This document shows positions 27,706-40,600 of a DNA stretch of 63,724 nucleotides, in pieces. The notes under the pieces are model-generated. The model was not told the origin of the DNA, did no database searches, and saw only the letters and a list, made by a program, of their open reading frames with translations. Position 1 is the stretch's first letter. The number at the start of each line of letters is the position of its first letter. The stretch lies in NCBI GenBank assembly GCA_010093815.1, contig ML996565.1, one strand, 5' to 3'. The stretch is from Pseudovirgaria hyperparasitica (Eukaryota). Made by a program: the position numbers and the translations under genes.

Positions 27706-27943
27706 TATAAAGAGTAAAGACGTGGGATAGTAGTCTAATAGTTCATAGAGAGACATAGGAATGTATTTATAGAGTAATCTTACTCTTATACGAGGTTGAT
27801 TCCTAACGAGTAGAAATCGGTTTATATGGTCTACTTATATAGTAACCTCGCTTAACTTAGCTAACTTAACCTAGCTCTGGCCACTACGTGGCTACATGGA
27901 TTAGAATGGTCCATTGTGGTCCATTGTGGTTCCCGTTCTAACA
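27706..27943 (-). repeat. 5' LTR of element A
   Basis: Direct repeat of 8432-8669, followed on the plus strand by TSD ATATA. Confidence 0.95.
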
Positions 27944-30249
27944 ATATACGTGTACCGGCTACTAAGTTTTCTTATATAACTATAGATACAAGGATACGGT
28001 TTAGCATGGTTTAAACTAGCGACCTTTAACTAAAATTAGCATCCGCTACACGCTAGTTAGTATTAACTATCGCGCGGTAAGCTAATATCTAATACCTTAG
28101 GGGTATAGTATATACGTTAACTTAAGTACCGCGGGCTATTATCGAGTTAAAAGTCCATTTCTAGATGCCTAGTTAATAGAGCCTATAGACAGACGCTAAG
28201 GAATCTCCCTAGAATAGCTTAAGCGCTATATTTTACATAGAATCTAAAAACTAAGTCTATGCGGATCTACCAAGACGAAGAAAATAGTAAATAGTTAATA
28301 TTTATACTATAAATAAGACACGCTAAGATAAATGTATATCTACTCTAGATCCTATAACAAAGGAGTAGTAGCCTACGATTAATTATCTCTAAGTATACTT
28401 ACTACTCGAGGAGTATTTAGATTATAGCTTCCAAACCCTATTAATATTTATTCTCCTAAGGAGCAAAGCTTAAGAGTAAGGAATTATATATAGTTAACTA
28501 CGCTCGAGGTAGTAGGTATTTATAAGAGCTAGAGAGAGAACATCGATAATCACCGTACTTATATTATAAGTAGCGAGATATCCGTTTATTAGCGTAGTTT
28601 AGATTCTAGAGCTAATTAACGGTAGTAATACTAAGTTACCCGTACCGTATCTAAACCTACTTAAGCTAGCTAGCGAGAGAAATAATAGGAGGGGGCAACT
28701 ACTAGACGTCTACATGTTACGTTAGACTTGTTAGTAGAGAGTAAGTATATCCACGCCCCCCTTACATTATACGAATAGTATAGAGGTGGTAGTAACCGGC
28801 GGATAGAGACTCTAGGGAGCTAGGTTAGAATTTTAACGCCATCTACTTTACTAACGGCATTGTTAACCATGTCTAACACGTATAAGTCTTAGGGCATTTT
28901 CAAATTCCTATACCGAAGGTAGCCGGTACTACGTCCTAGAAGGTCTCGAATATTAAGAAATATAAAGGATTCTAACCCATAAGAAAATTCTCGAGTAAAC
29001 CTATCCCTTGGCCGTACTAGAGCATTATTTAGTTATTTATATCTACTATTATCTAAAGTCTTATACCGCCGCATATCGAGGTTGAACCTTATAAGATACT
29101 ATGTTTAACCATGGTATAGATATAATAGCTTGTATACTTTAGTTAAGCGACTACATCTATTTCCCGTTTATACTCCTTATGAAAAGTAGAGCTCTATTAG
29201 CGGCCTAAGGATCCTAAATAAAGTATATAAACTTCCAACTAATCGCCATTATAAAAGATATTTATCTAGTAGTATAGGCTATCTAGAGTCGATTTACCGC
29301 CTTAATATGATTCTCGATTAATAACCCATTACGGACCTCGAGGTATACTAGCGATTATAGGAAAATAAAGGTCGTAGATAGCCCCCTAATCTTACCATAC
29401 TATATCTTTATAACTATACTTAGAACCTTTGTAATATATTATTATAATCTTAGCGTATATAGTAGTACTCTCTTCCTAGAAGTAAGGGTATAGTTCTATA
29501 ACGCCATGTATAACGTTTTACTATAGCGCCGGCCTATCTATATATTAGCTAGAATATTCGATAGGATTTCCGTTTAGGCTTACGCTACTATTTTTTAATC
29601 TACTAACAATTAGGAGCCGTTCTTTCGATATACAAAAGAACGTTACACGGGCCTAGGTAGTAACCATATACAACTCTTAGTAGAAAAACTAGATAGTCGA
29701 AAGATACCATAAGGTAGAGTCGAAAGGCAGCCCTTCCCATGCCTATATCCGAATAATTTTTATATATTAAGAAATCGCATGGTTAAAAGTTATATCTAGC
29801 TAACTTATAATTATTATTTTCACGGAGGGGGTAGCGAAGAATATACATGAAAACTACGTATTTTTCGTGATTTTTACTTTAATTTTCCTAACCGTGCGCG
29901 ATCGGTACCTAGATATACTATACACCGACCTACGTATACGTCTAAGGACCTTAGTAATCCTTATAGAATCGCGTACTCTAAGATACCTCTAGAATCGCCG
30001 ATTCTAATCTATTCTACTACTTACGAACTTTATAAGCTATAGCACCCCCCTTAGTACCGCTTCCTAATATAGATAGTATACGTTAAGTATAGGATATTAT
30101 ATTTAAACTTTTCTCTATCGGCGGGAGCGATAGAGCTTAAGCCGCCTTCTTCCGACCGTTATCGTTTCCTAGCCCGCTACTATTTATCGTACGATTACTA
30201 GAGGTAGCGGCTCGTTAGCTAAACGAGTAATAGATTCTAGCCTATTTAT

Positions 30250-31400
30250 ACGTTACTAATATAAATAATAACTCGCCTAATAACGATAAAGAAGACGATT
30301 TCGTTCCTAATACATGCCTACCGCCTCCGATATCTCCTCTACCCTCTTAATAATCTTATATAACTTCTAGTACCACGGTAGCTCTTCGTATAGTACTAGC
30401 GTAACTAGAGATAATAGCCTATAATATTAATTAAGAGCGAGAAGAGGACGACGAAGAAGAGCGTTAGTCTATATATCCCCCTAGAAAGCGGCGCCGTAAC
30501 GATGTATCTAACTAGAATAAATAGTTAACTACGAGAACTCTACTAACAACTATAAGAGTAAGTAATAAAATCCGGGCTAAGTTAAGAGTAAAGTATAAGG
30601 CTATACTTAGGGAGGTTATGGAGCTATTTACTAACCCCGATAGCCCGTCGTTACGGAACGAACATAAAGTATAGCTCCGTATAAATATAAGTTATCTTCG
30701 TTAGATAGATATATTATAATACTTCCCTAAAGATATAAATATAGTTAGATAACTCCTTAATCGCGTATTAGAGATCGGTTTACCGTTAACGCTACTTTAC
30801 TTTAGATTACTACTATAAGAATAGTAAGACGGTAAGACGGTAGACATAGCGCCTTATAGCCTTAATCCCCTATAGATTATTATTAGAGATACGACGTTAA
30901 CTAGGGAACGCTTAGTATATATATTTATAGACTAGGCTAGTATACTCTACTTTAAGATCGTTAAGCTAGTATATATATCGCGTCTTATTAGGATTAGACG
31001 TCGCCTAGTACTCGCGGATATATATAAAGCTATAAACGCTACTAAGGAGGCACTGAAAATAGACCGCATATTCACCCTTAGTACTAGGTAAGGCATCTAG
31101 TTAATTATAAAGGCTCGTCTATATATCTATATTAATTAACTTATAGGAGATTATACGCCAAGTCTAGAATAACCGTAGAACCTAGATATTAATATATATA
31201 CATAGTAAGGGGAGGCCTTTAAGCGGATAAGATAGTGGAAATAAATAAATAATTAGTTAAGTTATAGCGCGTACTAGGCGTTAATCCGTAAGAGGTTTGG
31301 CGACGGGTTATTTATTCTACTACCACCTGAAATTACGGACTCTTTCTTCTAGAAGATAAGGGTTAGTATACTAGAGGACTTCCTAGGCCTTATAGACTAA
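30250..31400 (+). pseudogene. RIP-degenerate gene of unknown function
   Basis: Coding-like frame with an acidic patch and an NLS-like EREEDDEEER..PPRKRRR (~30440-30500), plus a probable intron ~31088-31147. Ends are approximate. Confidence 0.4.
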
Positions 31401-31859
31401 TATTATCCATGGCTTAGACGACTTTATTATGGTGTTAAGCTATATTTATATTAGATTTTAAATGGAGACATTATGCTACCTAGGTAGTTCCTAATTAAGA
31501 GAATAACCTCGGAAAATATTACGAATATAGCGCTAGAGTAGTTTATAAATCTAATTAACCTATAAGACTATAGCCTAGGGCTAAGTACGCCATAGGACAT
31601 GCGTACTATAGATAATAATAAGGTAGATTAGAGAATGAAATATACTAATTTAGTAGCGACTATACTAATAGTAGAACACCTTAGCTAAAGATCGGGGCTA
31701 GTAGTAGCTATTAATTTTCTACGGTACGGCCGTTAAAAACTAAAGGACCTAAAAACTCCTTACTCTAGAGCCGTCTAGAATCGCCGTTTCTACACCTATC
31801 TATAGGAATATAATTATATATATTATAGTCTACTCCCGACGCTAACCTACTAATACTAT

Positions 31860-34800
31860 ATAAATATATATAGATATCCGTAGATTTACTACTAGTCGTC
31901 GACCTTAATACCGGAGTAATTATCTATTAAGATTATAAGCGCGCTATTCTTCTATCCGCGCTAGACCGCCACCTCCTTTAAGAATACTAAGGAATAAGAC
32001 TAAAGTATTATAAGATTATTAAAAGCTATATTTACTTACTTAGTTATACCGCTACTATAATCGACGACCTTTAAATACCCGCTACCCTATCACGGCCTAT
32101 AAGGTATATTCCGGTTAAGAGAGGGTTCTAATATATTATTAAGAACTACGGATTAGTTCTTAGCCTTTTAAAGAATCTTAAATCATATATTAAAAATAAA
32201 TATATGGCGTTCTTTAATGGGCGTAGGGGGGCTCTACCTAGAGCGGACGATAAGACACGTGGATATAGAGATAATATACTATACTAATGCCTATAGAATA
32301 TAGGCCGGTTAAACCGCCTTATCCCGATTATAACACGTACTACTATATATACTCGTATACTAATTAATACTATACTCGATTAGCTCTAGTTAAATTAGTA
32401 GAACGTCCTTAGAGATAAAGATCGTATAGTATAAACCGGCGCTATTAACGAAGTTAATCCATAGCTAGAACGTATAAAATTTATTAACTACTTCTAAGGC
32501 ATGGATATCCTCGCACTTACTAATATTCTAGAGATACCTACTAAAGGGCCGCTAAAGATAGTATCGTCTAGTCTAAGAGTTCTATTCTACTAAGCCTATA
32601 AGATAGTAGGTACTTATGATAGACTACTATGCCTAGAAGTAGCGCGTTCTATAATAGAGCCCGGGCTATAGCGACCTCTCGCACGTTATCGGAACTAGAA
32701 AATATTCCGTGATTACTCGAAGCATCTTTAGCGTCTTATTATTAGGGCTATCTAAGCGTACTAGAATCCCTACTACCTCCCGGCTTTAGTCTTTAACGCT
32801 AAGACTAAGGCGTGTATTACTCGGCTTCTAGACTATATTACTACGGAATAGCTATCCGGCGAGAGTAATAGTAGCTCCGACTCTAAACCCGAGATAAGCG
32901 TGACTAACGACTATCGTAGAGTAGAAGGTAATCTTAGCGAGTAGGATCTAGAAACACGTCGGGCAAAACTATACGAGGTATTTAGTATCTAAACCCGCCC
33001 TCTTTCTCGCATCGCCTACCTTTATATATAGCTTATTATTATATTACTATAATAGACGCTATATATATACTTATTCGAGGCCGTACTAGTCCTATTATCT
33101 AGTCTACTATATATAGATTAAAACGGGGGCTTCCTTTTACCATAGAACTATACGTCTACTCTATTAGTACTTATTAAGTTCTCCCGCCTTATTATCCTTA
33201 AGTAGGCCATCTAGAAAGTCTTCTATAAGTAAGCGGGTAGTACTATAGATGTTCTCGGATATCTCTTACCATTTATTAACTAGTATCTCCTCCGTAGTAG
33301 TCGTAGTATAGTTAGATAGTAGATATAACTTAGAGCTTACGGTCTTAAAATCGTAGGTAACATAGCTATAGACGTAAAGATATAGTGGGTTAATAATATA
33401 CTTACGTATAATGTATATACAATTCTAATAAATACATTTAGAGGGATAGTCTCTAGCTTAATAAATCGAATAGCGCGAATATTATATACTAATATTCTTC
33501 TACTATCTTCTATAGAGGGAGTACTAGTAATCCTATAGTAGTTACTTATAGATAATACGGCTAATAACATAATCGGGTATAGCTTCCTTTAGTTAGCGTG
33601 CCTCTAGAAGTAGTTCTTATAGTTTAGAAGGCGAGTTAAAAAGGACTAGAATATATAGTTAGCGTTCTTTACTAGAGGAGAGTTAGATATATAAAAAGCA
33701 TAAGACTAGCTCGAATAGATTCGAGTCTTTCTTAGTTAGCCACTTATCCTTATCTATATAATAGCTAGATAGCCTACACGTGGACTAGAAATCCTAAGTA
33801 TACGGTACTATAATACGCGATAGGGTAATATACGTAATATTATTCTTTATAGTAATAAGCTTTATATTATAATAAAGTACTATAAAGGGTATATACGTAA
33901 AGGAGATATCCGCCTAATTCTTCGATATCTACCGCTAGTTATATATAATATTCTAATATAGTATCTTTAGTTAGTCATCCCGTGGAAGAAACAACTCGAG
34001 AGATTCATGGATCTAATATAGATAGTCGTCCCTATATATATATGGCTATTGCCGTACTAGACTAGCGAGTATATAAGCCATGCAATAAGAGAATAGATAT
34101 ATCTTAGTATAGAAGTAGTTAACGTAGGTATCGTAGACTATTATTAAGTTGCGATTATAATTATAAAGCGTAAGCTTTAGAAGTACGAGATTAACTATAT
34201 AGACGAGGCCGATAAGAATAGTCTATAGAATAAGGACTAGAATCCGGGTACCCGAGATAATAGTCTAACCGCTATCCTTAATAAGTAAGCTAGTTATAGT
34301 ATAAAGATTATCTAGATCGCGTATAGTCGTAATATAAGTAGCCCGTTTAGTATGGTAAAGACGGTAATAGAGAGGTACTTCTAGGTTAGTCGCGTATAGT
34401 AGTACGAGATTAGGGTGCCTATATTTAATAAGATTACGCCTAGCTAGACGTGAATTTTATAAGTACGGGCTTACCGCTAGGCTATACTCTAGAAGAAGGA
34501 CCCGTATAAGGCTATTAAGGTTATACTCCGTAACGAAAACGCTAGAATATAACTCTAATAAGAAAAGGTATTTACCGGGCTAGTCGAAGACTATAGTCTA
34601 ATACTAGTTATATAGCCGACTATCTTAGATAAAAGTCTACCTTTTATATTAGCTACGTTAATAGTACTAGATAGAGTAATACTAGTTATTATCCCGCTAA
34701 AGGCCCTTCGAGATAACCTTATCTACCGTTATTATAATAGTAGTATTACTATAGAAGTATTTAACCCTACGCACCCCCCTTACGGAACGTCTATTATTAT

Positions 34801-37110
34801 TATTATACCCGAGTCTATAAAAGGCGAACCGTTTATATAGTTTATAAACTATATAAATAGCCTAGGTGTTAGGCACGTGCCTACTAGTTAATTATACATG
34901 TATATAGTAGTCGTATATAAGTAGTGTGCTCCACCCTTAAAGTAGTAGCTTTAAGATTCGGTCCTTTTGGTATAGTTGGTTGGTGCGTGGAGCCCGCCTC
35001 CTTATATAATCTTAAAGCTACTACGGGGTCACGGGTTCAACTCTCGGTCTAGTTAACCGTTATTGAATTTCGCACGATTCCGTTTAGCTTACCACGTTAC
35101 GTGTACTTTATGCATGTAACGGATAACATGGTAGTAACGTTACTACGGTAAGTTAGCGTGTCTAGTACTAGAGACGGCATTATAAGTATTGGTTATGTGT
35201 ACACATCGTTTATACTAGGCCCGTTACGGCTAGTTTAGTTCATCTTTTATAAGGTAGCATGCCCACGACGCGTAAGGACACGCGCCTTCGAAAAGGGGAG
35301 ATATTATTAGGCACGTGCCTGCTAGTTAATTATACATGTATATAGTAGTCGTATATAAGTAGTGTACTCCACCCTTGAAGTAGTAGCTTCAAGATTCGGT
35401 CCTTTTAGTATAGTTGGTTAGTACGTGGAGCCCGCCTCCTTATACTAGGACTACTCGACCGTGTAATTATTAATAAGTACTACTATATTATTAATAACGA
35501 CTAGTTCCGGCCGGCCTTTCGCGATATCTAAATAATAGTCGACCTAGAGGTATAGATTATACTTCTAAGTATAACCCTACTACCCGATAATAAAGTAGGG
35601 CTATAGAAAGCTATACGTATAAACGCTAGAGATGTATTTATCTACCGCGAAGCTATAACTCGGCCTAATATTACGTATATACTTAGGAGCCTATCTAAGA
35701 AGGCTCGAGGTACCTATAGTTAAGCGGAATACGTACGATGTGTTAGATAGGGTATTACCGGTAGATATCTCGTCTTTACGCCTATAGTTATATAAGCTAT
35801 TAGCCTCGTAGGGGAGCTTGGTTACGATATATACTATTAAGAGAGTATAGCTAAGGAGTAGGTCCTTAACGGATTTATCGCCGAAGAAGAAGGTATTATA
35901 GTTACTATAAACGCTCTTAGCCTAGGTATTAACCTAGCTACCATTCGCGTCGTGATACACTTAGGCGCTCCTTCTTTATTCCTAGACTATATATAAGAAA
36001 GCGGCTAGGCCGGTCGCGACCATCTAACGAGAAGCCTCGCTATCTTCGTAAAGATAGGAGAAGCTACTACTAAGGACGCGATAATACTTACTTATATAAA
36101 CTAGATAGGGTGTCGTAGGGTGTTCCTAGACGAGTATCTTAATAGGTCGTTTAGTAGAAAGAGCTGTAATAGGGTTAAAGAGAAGTGCGATATATACGAT
36201 CCTACCCTATTAATATTCCTACTATATTTAGAGACCCTCTAGGAGGATCTAGAATTGGCGATTCTAGACCTTTCTAGTAGCTCGCCCGTGGGTTCCTTAA
36301 ATAGTTAACCTAACCTACCCTAGACTAATTAACCGTCGCGCTAGCCGCCTTATATATAGAATAAGATAAAACGAGTACGTGTATATAGTAATAGTATAGG
36401 CGAGGTAGGAAGACTAGTAAAAGGGCGGGTATTAGAACTTCCTAGTGCGCGTCCGGACGAAGATTACGTAGGTAAGAATACTTATAATTAACGAATGTTT
36501 ATATAATAATAGTCCATGAAACTAGTAGTATAAGAACGTCGTCTATAAAATAGATAATATATAAGTCTCGTCTAGTTATTATCCGAGTAGAGATAATAGT
36601 AGGCTAGTTATTATAATATATATGGTACTAATAGTAGAGTCTATACTACGTACTACTTAGATAATAGACGACTTATAGACATGGTTAAGCGTGTACTAGC
36701 CGACTAAATGCGAAAGAGTAATATCATGCCTAAACACGTGTACTACTTTACCTATTACTAGCTATAAATTCTATGTCTATAGTAGGAGCCTAGACCGGAG
36801 GGATAACTAGGGTTCCGTCGGCTCCCGGGAAATATTAAGTATATATAGAAATTTAGTTTATATCGAGCTCTTAGTATAATAGTAGTCTATCTATCTAGAC
36901 GATAGGCTACCCGGTTAGAAGGGTTTAGAATTTCGAAAACGGGCTAACTACTAATAGTAATAAGAGAAGGTGCATGGGACTCTAGTAAATTAGCCCGTTA
37001 GCTATAGTGTAAGCGGCGAGAGGGGGCGTATAAAATTACGAATACTATTCTAGAATTTAATTAGAGTACTCTACTAATTATAGATGTTAGTCGATAGGGT
37101 CGGTAGAATT
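31860..37110 (+). pseudogene. DUF3505(OrsD-like)-RecQ-type helicase (telomere-linked-helicase-like), interrupted by TRIM 1
   Basis: De-RIP'd motifs: VIIC.DCKRAI..LDRHL..EH, EVNP[W]LER, RGLEILSIRY.N..RNI, KY[H]KG, [Q]A[G][H]S, VIIPLKAL, LDRVII[DECH], NAL[G]LGI[D]..IRVVIH and DYI[Q]ESG[R]AGRD (~35985-36020), plus a Cys-rich C-terminus. Confidence 0.8.
34867..35444 (+). mobile_element. TRIM (non-autonomous mini LTR element) copy 1, 578 bp
   Basis: 140-bp LTRs at 34867-35006 and 35305-35444, TSD CTAGG (34862-34866 / 35445-35449), PPT GAAAAGGGGAGA and no ORF. Confidence 0.93.
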
Positions 37111-37669
37111 TATAGTTATTATAGTTTAAGTCTAGAAGTATATAAAGTCTATAGAGTATCTTAATGCCCATAGGTAATGTCTGTAAGTTAGTACTCTTAA
37201 TCTATATTACTCTATATTAAATAGAATATAAAGAGAGAGACGTGAAAAGGATTCTTCTAGTAATGTAGTTACGTATTTAGTATAAGAGTATAAGAACTAG
37301 AATCTACGACCTTAACTATAGGGCACCCTATAAATAGCGATTTCTAGAGTAGGGGCTGGAATTTCTAATAAAACCGATAGGTTAATTTACTTTACTTATA
37401 ACACGTTATAACGTAACGTAAGGAGGTTATATAACAACACGTAATAAGACCTAAAATATATATTTATATATATTATTTCCGTTAACTCTCTCTATCTCTT
37501 CTATATCATTTTACTATTTTCTTACGTAATCTTATTTTTTCGACATATATATATTTAACCCACCGATCGCCGTTTACAGACCCTTCTAGAGATTATAGCT
37601 CCTTTTCTTCTAGTTAATATTCAAGTATAAGAGGAAGAAGATAATGATTTTCTTAATCCGTTTTTAGAT

Positions 37670-40600
37670 ATAGCTACTAAAGAGATTCGCGAAACTAGAG
37701 TAGCGTTATAGAAGAAATATACTACCTTATCCGCTCTTATCGTAGGTAGTAGCTTAATAGACTACGATTCTAAAGCTATAGAGCGATTTCTTAAGGTCGC
37801 TACTATAGAGAAGGAAGTAGGCGAAGTAGAAAAAGGCGCATCTATTAAGTTAAAGCCGGGAAAAGAGGCTAGATAGGAGTATAAAAAGGAACCTAGGCTG
37901 GAAAAGAACCGTCGCCTTAGTAAGATTACCTCTAACCTTGGAATTAGCGTGGTTAAAGTAGCTATTTTATTCTAGGATTCTAAAGTTAACGCCTTACTTA
38001 ATAAATACTATATAGAGTTCTTTAACCCGCGGATTCTAGAAGGTTCGCATCCGTTTAGCTAGTTTACTTTAGCTATAGAACTTATTAAAGAAGACCGTAC
38101 CTATTACCTTATAGTAATAGCCGCTAGTCGTAGTAAATAGGAAGATTACTAGTAGTACGCGTCTCTTATTCTCTGGATAGATCTTAAGCTATCTTCTAAT
38201 TATATAAATCCTCTTTCGCGAATATATATATTAGAGAATAATAAATATCTTGTATTTAATAATATACTTAAATACCGACGCCATGCCCGTAACCAAGGGT
38301 AAGAATACAAGGATAACTTTCGTATAAAAATTATCTATGCTAACGCGAAGTAGATGTCTATAATACCTTAGAAAGTTTCTACTAACTAGGTTCCCCCTAC
38401 TTATCTACTAATCACTCTATAGGCCCGTCTAGAATCGACGATTATAGGCCCTTCTAAGAAAAAAGCTAGAAGGCGTTTAGATTAATACTAAGCTACCGAT
38501 AGTAACTCTACTACTAACCGGAATAGAGAACTTAGTAAGAATACTAGCGATACTATAGATTAGGACCCGATGGAAGATATCTAAGCGATAGATCCAAACT
38601 CGCTCCTTAACGCACCCATGCTAGACGTACTAGCTATACTAGATACTACTATAAAAGAAGGACCTATAGCTACCCTAGTAAAACTAAAACGTTCCTTAAA
38701 GCCTATAAAGGCACTAAGAAAAAAATTACCCGAGTACTATACTAAGACGTGGACTAATATATAGAAACGCGGTCTAAATCCATTGGGAGTATTAATAGAT
38801 ATCTATAACAATCTAGAATTTATAGTCGAAGATAAGGGTATTAATATAGACGATCGGCGTATATTTACTAGATTATATCTTAAGAGTCTCCCCTCCGAAG
38901 AAGAGCTCTAGGCCACGCTTATAGTAACTTATAAGGATTATAACGTCATTAATCCGGATTATCTTAAACTAGGAACGTGTCTATACTACTCTTATCTTAC
39001 TATTAAGAATCTTATAAAGGGCTTAAGCGGTACTTAAAAGATCTCCGAGATTAAAACTAACGAGGTTATTTAAGTAAATAATAATAAGATAGTAATTACC
39101 GTACGTATTAATACGGATCTTAGTAATATAGTACTAATTATAGATTAGTTAAAGTCGGGTAGCGAGAAGAGAAGTAAACTATAGGATTAGTTAAATAACT
39201 AGAGTAATAACGGCGCCGCCTAACTATAAGACTATATTATAGCCGCGGTGGGTCTCCGAGTTACTAGTACCTAAAAACCTTAGATTCTTAATATAAATTC
39301 TAGCGTTACTCTATATTAGTAGTAACTTATAGAAGCTTAGTAGCTCCGAAAGAGTATAGATAGTTTAGTTTCACGGGGTGTAGTATTAGTAGATGGTATT
39401 GGACTAGGTAAAATATTTATACTTTTAGCGCACTAGCTGCATGTAAGTTTCTTCCCCTAGTGGCCTCTAGAATCGCCGATTCTAGACGCGCCTATATATA
39501 TCTAACTAAAATATAGTTAATTAACGAGCGTATCGCTAATCGCGAGAAGGGTATCCTAGTATCTCCTCCGAAGCCTACCCTACTATTAGTATCTATAAAT
39601 CTTCTTATCTAAACCGCCGAGTAGATTACGGACTTTTCCTTACTCTTCTATATTATTACTAGTTACGGCGATAGTAGGGTCGGGAAATCAGCTACTAGTA
39701 CTATATATTTAGTAGGTATCTTAATATAGAAGAGTTAGTACTTTAGACCGGAGAAGATTAATACCCGTACTATTATCTTAATATTCTATGTAACGTTTAA
39801 CGCCTATTATAGCCTTACTAGATAGAGGGAGAAAATACGAGGGTACGCGGAGTTCTAGAATATTAAATCTAGAAATTAGGACGCTATTATATTAGTAGAA
39901 ACGAAATATATAGAGAAGTAGCATTTTCTATATAATGCCCCTTAGAACCTTACTTAGTACTTTAACTATACGGTAGCTAACGAAGTACACGGCTTCCGGA
40001 ATATTAACTCTATGACTAACCGGTCCATCTACGAGCTTAATATTAAATACTATGTTCTTATAACTAGTACTCCCGTCTATAACTTCGCTAGTAATATATA
40101 GGGTCTTCTTAAAGTTATATAATAGAGCGCATCCCTCGACGATTATTTTAACGGTATTTCCGGTATATAGCCGCCATTTAAGGCGAAGTCTAACCTATAT
40201 AAGTTGCTATTAATGATAGTAAGACTATATCCGGACGTTTTATAGGAAAAACTAGATCGCGTCCTAGGTATATATCTAACTTCTCCGGCCTTTAAGTACT
40301 AGTACCTAGGTTCCGGCCGTAATAATTCTAAGCCGCTATTAGAGCTAGTATAAGGCTAGTACTTAAGTATAATATACGGAGTATTTATACTTCGCTATAT
40401 AAACGACTTACGGTATAGCGATAATAATACTACTTTAATCCGTAACTATATTCCGCGGGCCGAAAGGGTATAGATTAAAGTAGCGTATCTACTAGAGGTA
40501 TAGGCTAAGTATAATAAGATTAGTAAGGAGACCTAAAAGAAGCTTATTTAGCCGAATCCTTACCGACCCTTAGAATTAAGTCTAAACTCCCGTATATAGT

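Larger units (their letters stand above)
8432..27943 (-). mobile_element. Ty3/Gypsy chromovirus LTR retrotransposon 'A' (RIP-inactivated, ~8.07 kb without nested element B)
   Basis: 238-bp LTRs at 8432-8669 and 27706-27943, 5-bp TSD ATATA (8427-8431 / 27944-27948), and minus-strand RT (CIVYLD[N/D]IL ~13710), RNase H, integrase and chromodomain (~11200-11320). Confidence 0.95.

Noticed and set aside
34960..35055. Functional tRNA gene
   Set aside because: No convincing acceptor or anticodon stem, and it lies inside a TRIM. It is reported only as a tRNA-like promoter.
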